Below, one piece after another: positions 62,945 to 64,000 of a DNA stretch of 64,000 nt; the stretch's first letter is position 1; each line of letters begins with the position of its first letter. The stretch lies in assembly GCF_965240435.1 (NCBI RefSeq), contig NZ_CBDEKO010000003.1, one strand, 5' to 3'. This DNA comes from Moorena producens. Lineage in GTDB: Bacteria > Cyanobacteriota > Cyanobacteriia > Cyanobacteriales > Coleofasciculaceae. Below the pieces are notes generated by a model that saw only the letters and a program-made list of their open reading frames with translations, did not search any database and was not told where the DNA came from. Made by a program: the position numbers and the translations under genes.

Positions 62945-64000
62945 TTATTTTAGTCCCATCCCTACTACAACCAAACCAGGCCAGTAGAGGTAAGCTAATC
63001 CCTCTAGATTTTCCCCAAACGAGAACAGGATACAAATTAATAGTATTGTTAGTGCTGTTGTGGCAACTTTACTCCTTTGAGCTTTAATTAAAAGCTCTAT
63101 AAAAGTATAGACTATAGGGATAAATATTCCAATAAAACCGACGATTCCATGAGTATATAAAGCACCATACCAAGTGTGGTGACTCCCAATAGGCATACCA
63201 GCGACAACATCAGGGCCTTTACCCACTTTAATGGCATGACCCCAAATCGGTGCATCTTCTTCCCACTTACGGTGAGAAAGCCGAGCTAAGGCCGACCTAA
63301 CCCGCGACGAAGCAGATCTTTGACCGGAAAAAGAGTCTTTCAAGTTTCTAGCTATCATTAGCAGTTGGGGACCAAATAGACCACCAATAAAACTCCCTAT
63401 TCCTGCTGTAATTTGGATAGCGGGTTCGGTGAGATTTCCCAAAAATGTTACCAGTATTGGTATACCCACTAAGCAGATTATTCCCATCCGGGACACTGAA
63501 CCCACAATTGCAGCAGCACAGCCAATCATACCAATAAAACGCCACTTTATGTCCGGGTCTCTACTACTCAGGAAAAAGTGTATGTTACAGGCAAATGCCA
63601 ATGCTGGAGCCCAAGGCGCAAATAAGAAAAGGCGTGTTTCACCACTTTTTATCACGTAAGGACTTACGGCGTAGTAACGTTGACTGTTACCACCAATTTT
63701 TGCCATTAGGGTGCTAGTATACAAGGGCATCTCTAACCCAGTCAGACTTAACCCATAGGTAATTGGCACCAAGATCAGAGTTTGTAGGGAAAGGATAGAA
63801 ATTGCTCTATAGATTATTTGTGGTCGGATGTTGAGGCAACCAATTAAAGGAAATAAGGCGAGAAGGGCCCAAGTTCTCAAAAAGGAGTTAATAAAAGATT
63901 TTATAGTTTTAACAGTTGAGAAACCCCAATCTAAATGACCCACAACTAAGGCTATGCCAATGACTGATATGCAAACAATCCAGACCCATACTCCAATGGG
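62945..64000 (-). CDS. O-antigen ligase/polymerase (Wzy/WaaL) family membrane protein, 5' end beyond window
   Basis: Multi-TM; ...PIGSHHTWYGALYTHGIVGF... O-antigen-ligase-domain His motif; reading frame remains open upstream of the M at 63943 through the window edge. Confidence 0.7.
   Translation of the reverse strand, partial: PIGVWVWIVCISVIGIALVVGHLDWGFSTVKTIKSFINSFLRTWALLALFPLIGCLNIRPQIIYRAISILSLQTLILVPITYGLSLTGLEMPLYTSTLMAKIGGNSQRYYAVSPYVIKSGETRLFLFAPWAPALAFACNIHFFLSSRDPDIKWRFIGMIGCAAAIVGSVSRMGIICLVGIPILVTFLGNLTEPAIQITAGIGSFIGGLFGPQLLMIARNLKDSFSGQRSASSRVRSALARLSHRKWEEDAPIWGHAIKVGKGPDVVAGMPIGSHHTWYGALYTHGIVGFIGIFIPIVYTFIELLIKAQRSKVATTALTILLICILFSFGENLEGLAYLYWPGLVVVGMGLK

Overview
This 64 kb window looks cyanobacterial. 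The HIP1 octamer GCGATCGC occurs more than two dozen times, 7-8 nt STRR tandem arrays (CCTTCAA, CTATCAG, AATAGGC, CCCCATCT and others) fill almost every intergenic gap, and there are at least two MITE families. Clear housekeeping genes are hemE, ffh-rpsP-KH, phoH, pyrH-frr, acs, an LD-carboxypeptidase, SDRs and an alpha/beta hydrolase. They alternate with accessory content.

Accessory content, in window order:
- a ~1,350 aa secreted protein with a two-partner-secretion (TPS) N-terminal domain and a C-terminal CHAT protease domain, carrying about 20 copies of an in-frame (PIE) nonamer repeat;
- a tightly linked amidinotransferase (AGAT-like) plus guanidinoacetate N-methyltransferase (GAMT-like) pair, the two enzymes of creatine biosynthesis, downstream of a 16-copy 30 bp tandem repeat;
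- a solitary TnpB-like gene that appears to lack the zinc finger;
- a decayed dihydroxyacetone-kinase locus: intact multidomain dhaM, a 5' duplicate of dhaM, a roughly 55-60 aa dhaK 3' remnant, and intact dhaL;
- inside that locus, a block encoding a urea-transporter::EF-hand fusion, an arginase-family ureohydrolase and a calmodulin-like EF-hand protein;
- a frameshifted IscB with its upstream candidate guide-RNA region;
- a polysaccharide cluster with five GT2 genes (four of them close paralogs), FkbM, a Wzx-like flippase fused to a coiled-coil domain, and a Wzy/ligase-family protein.

Several coding regions carry in-frame repeat insertions or end inside STRR arrays. Coordinates and translations were read by eye from the sequence and the ORF track. 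Family assignments rest on recognisable motifs, not database searches.
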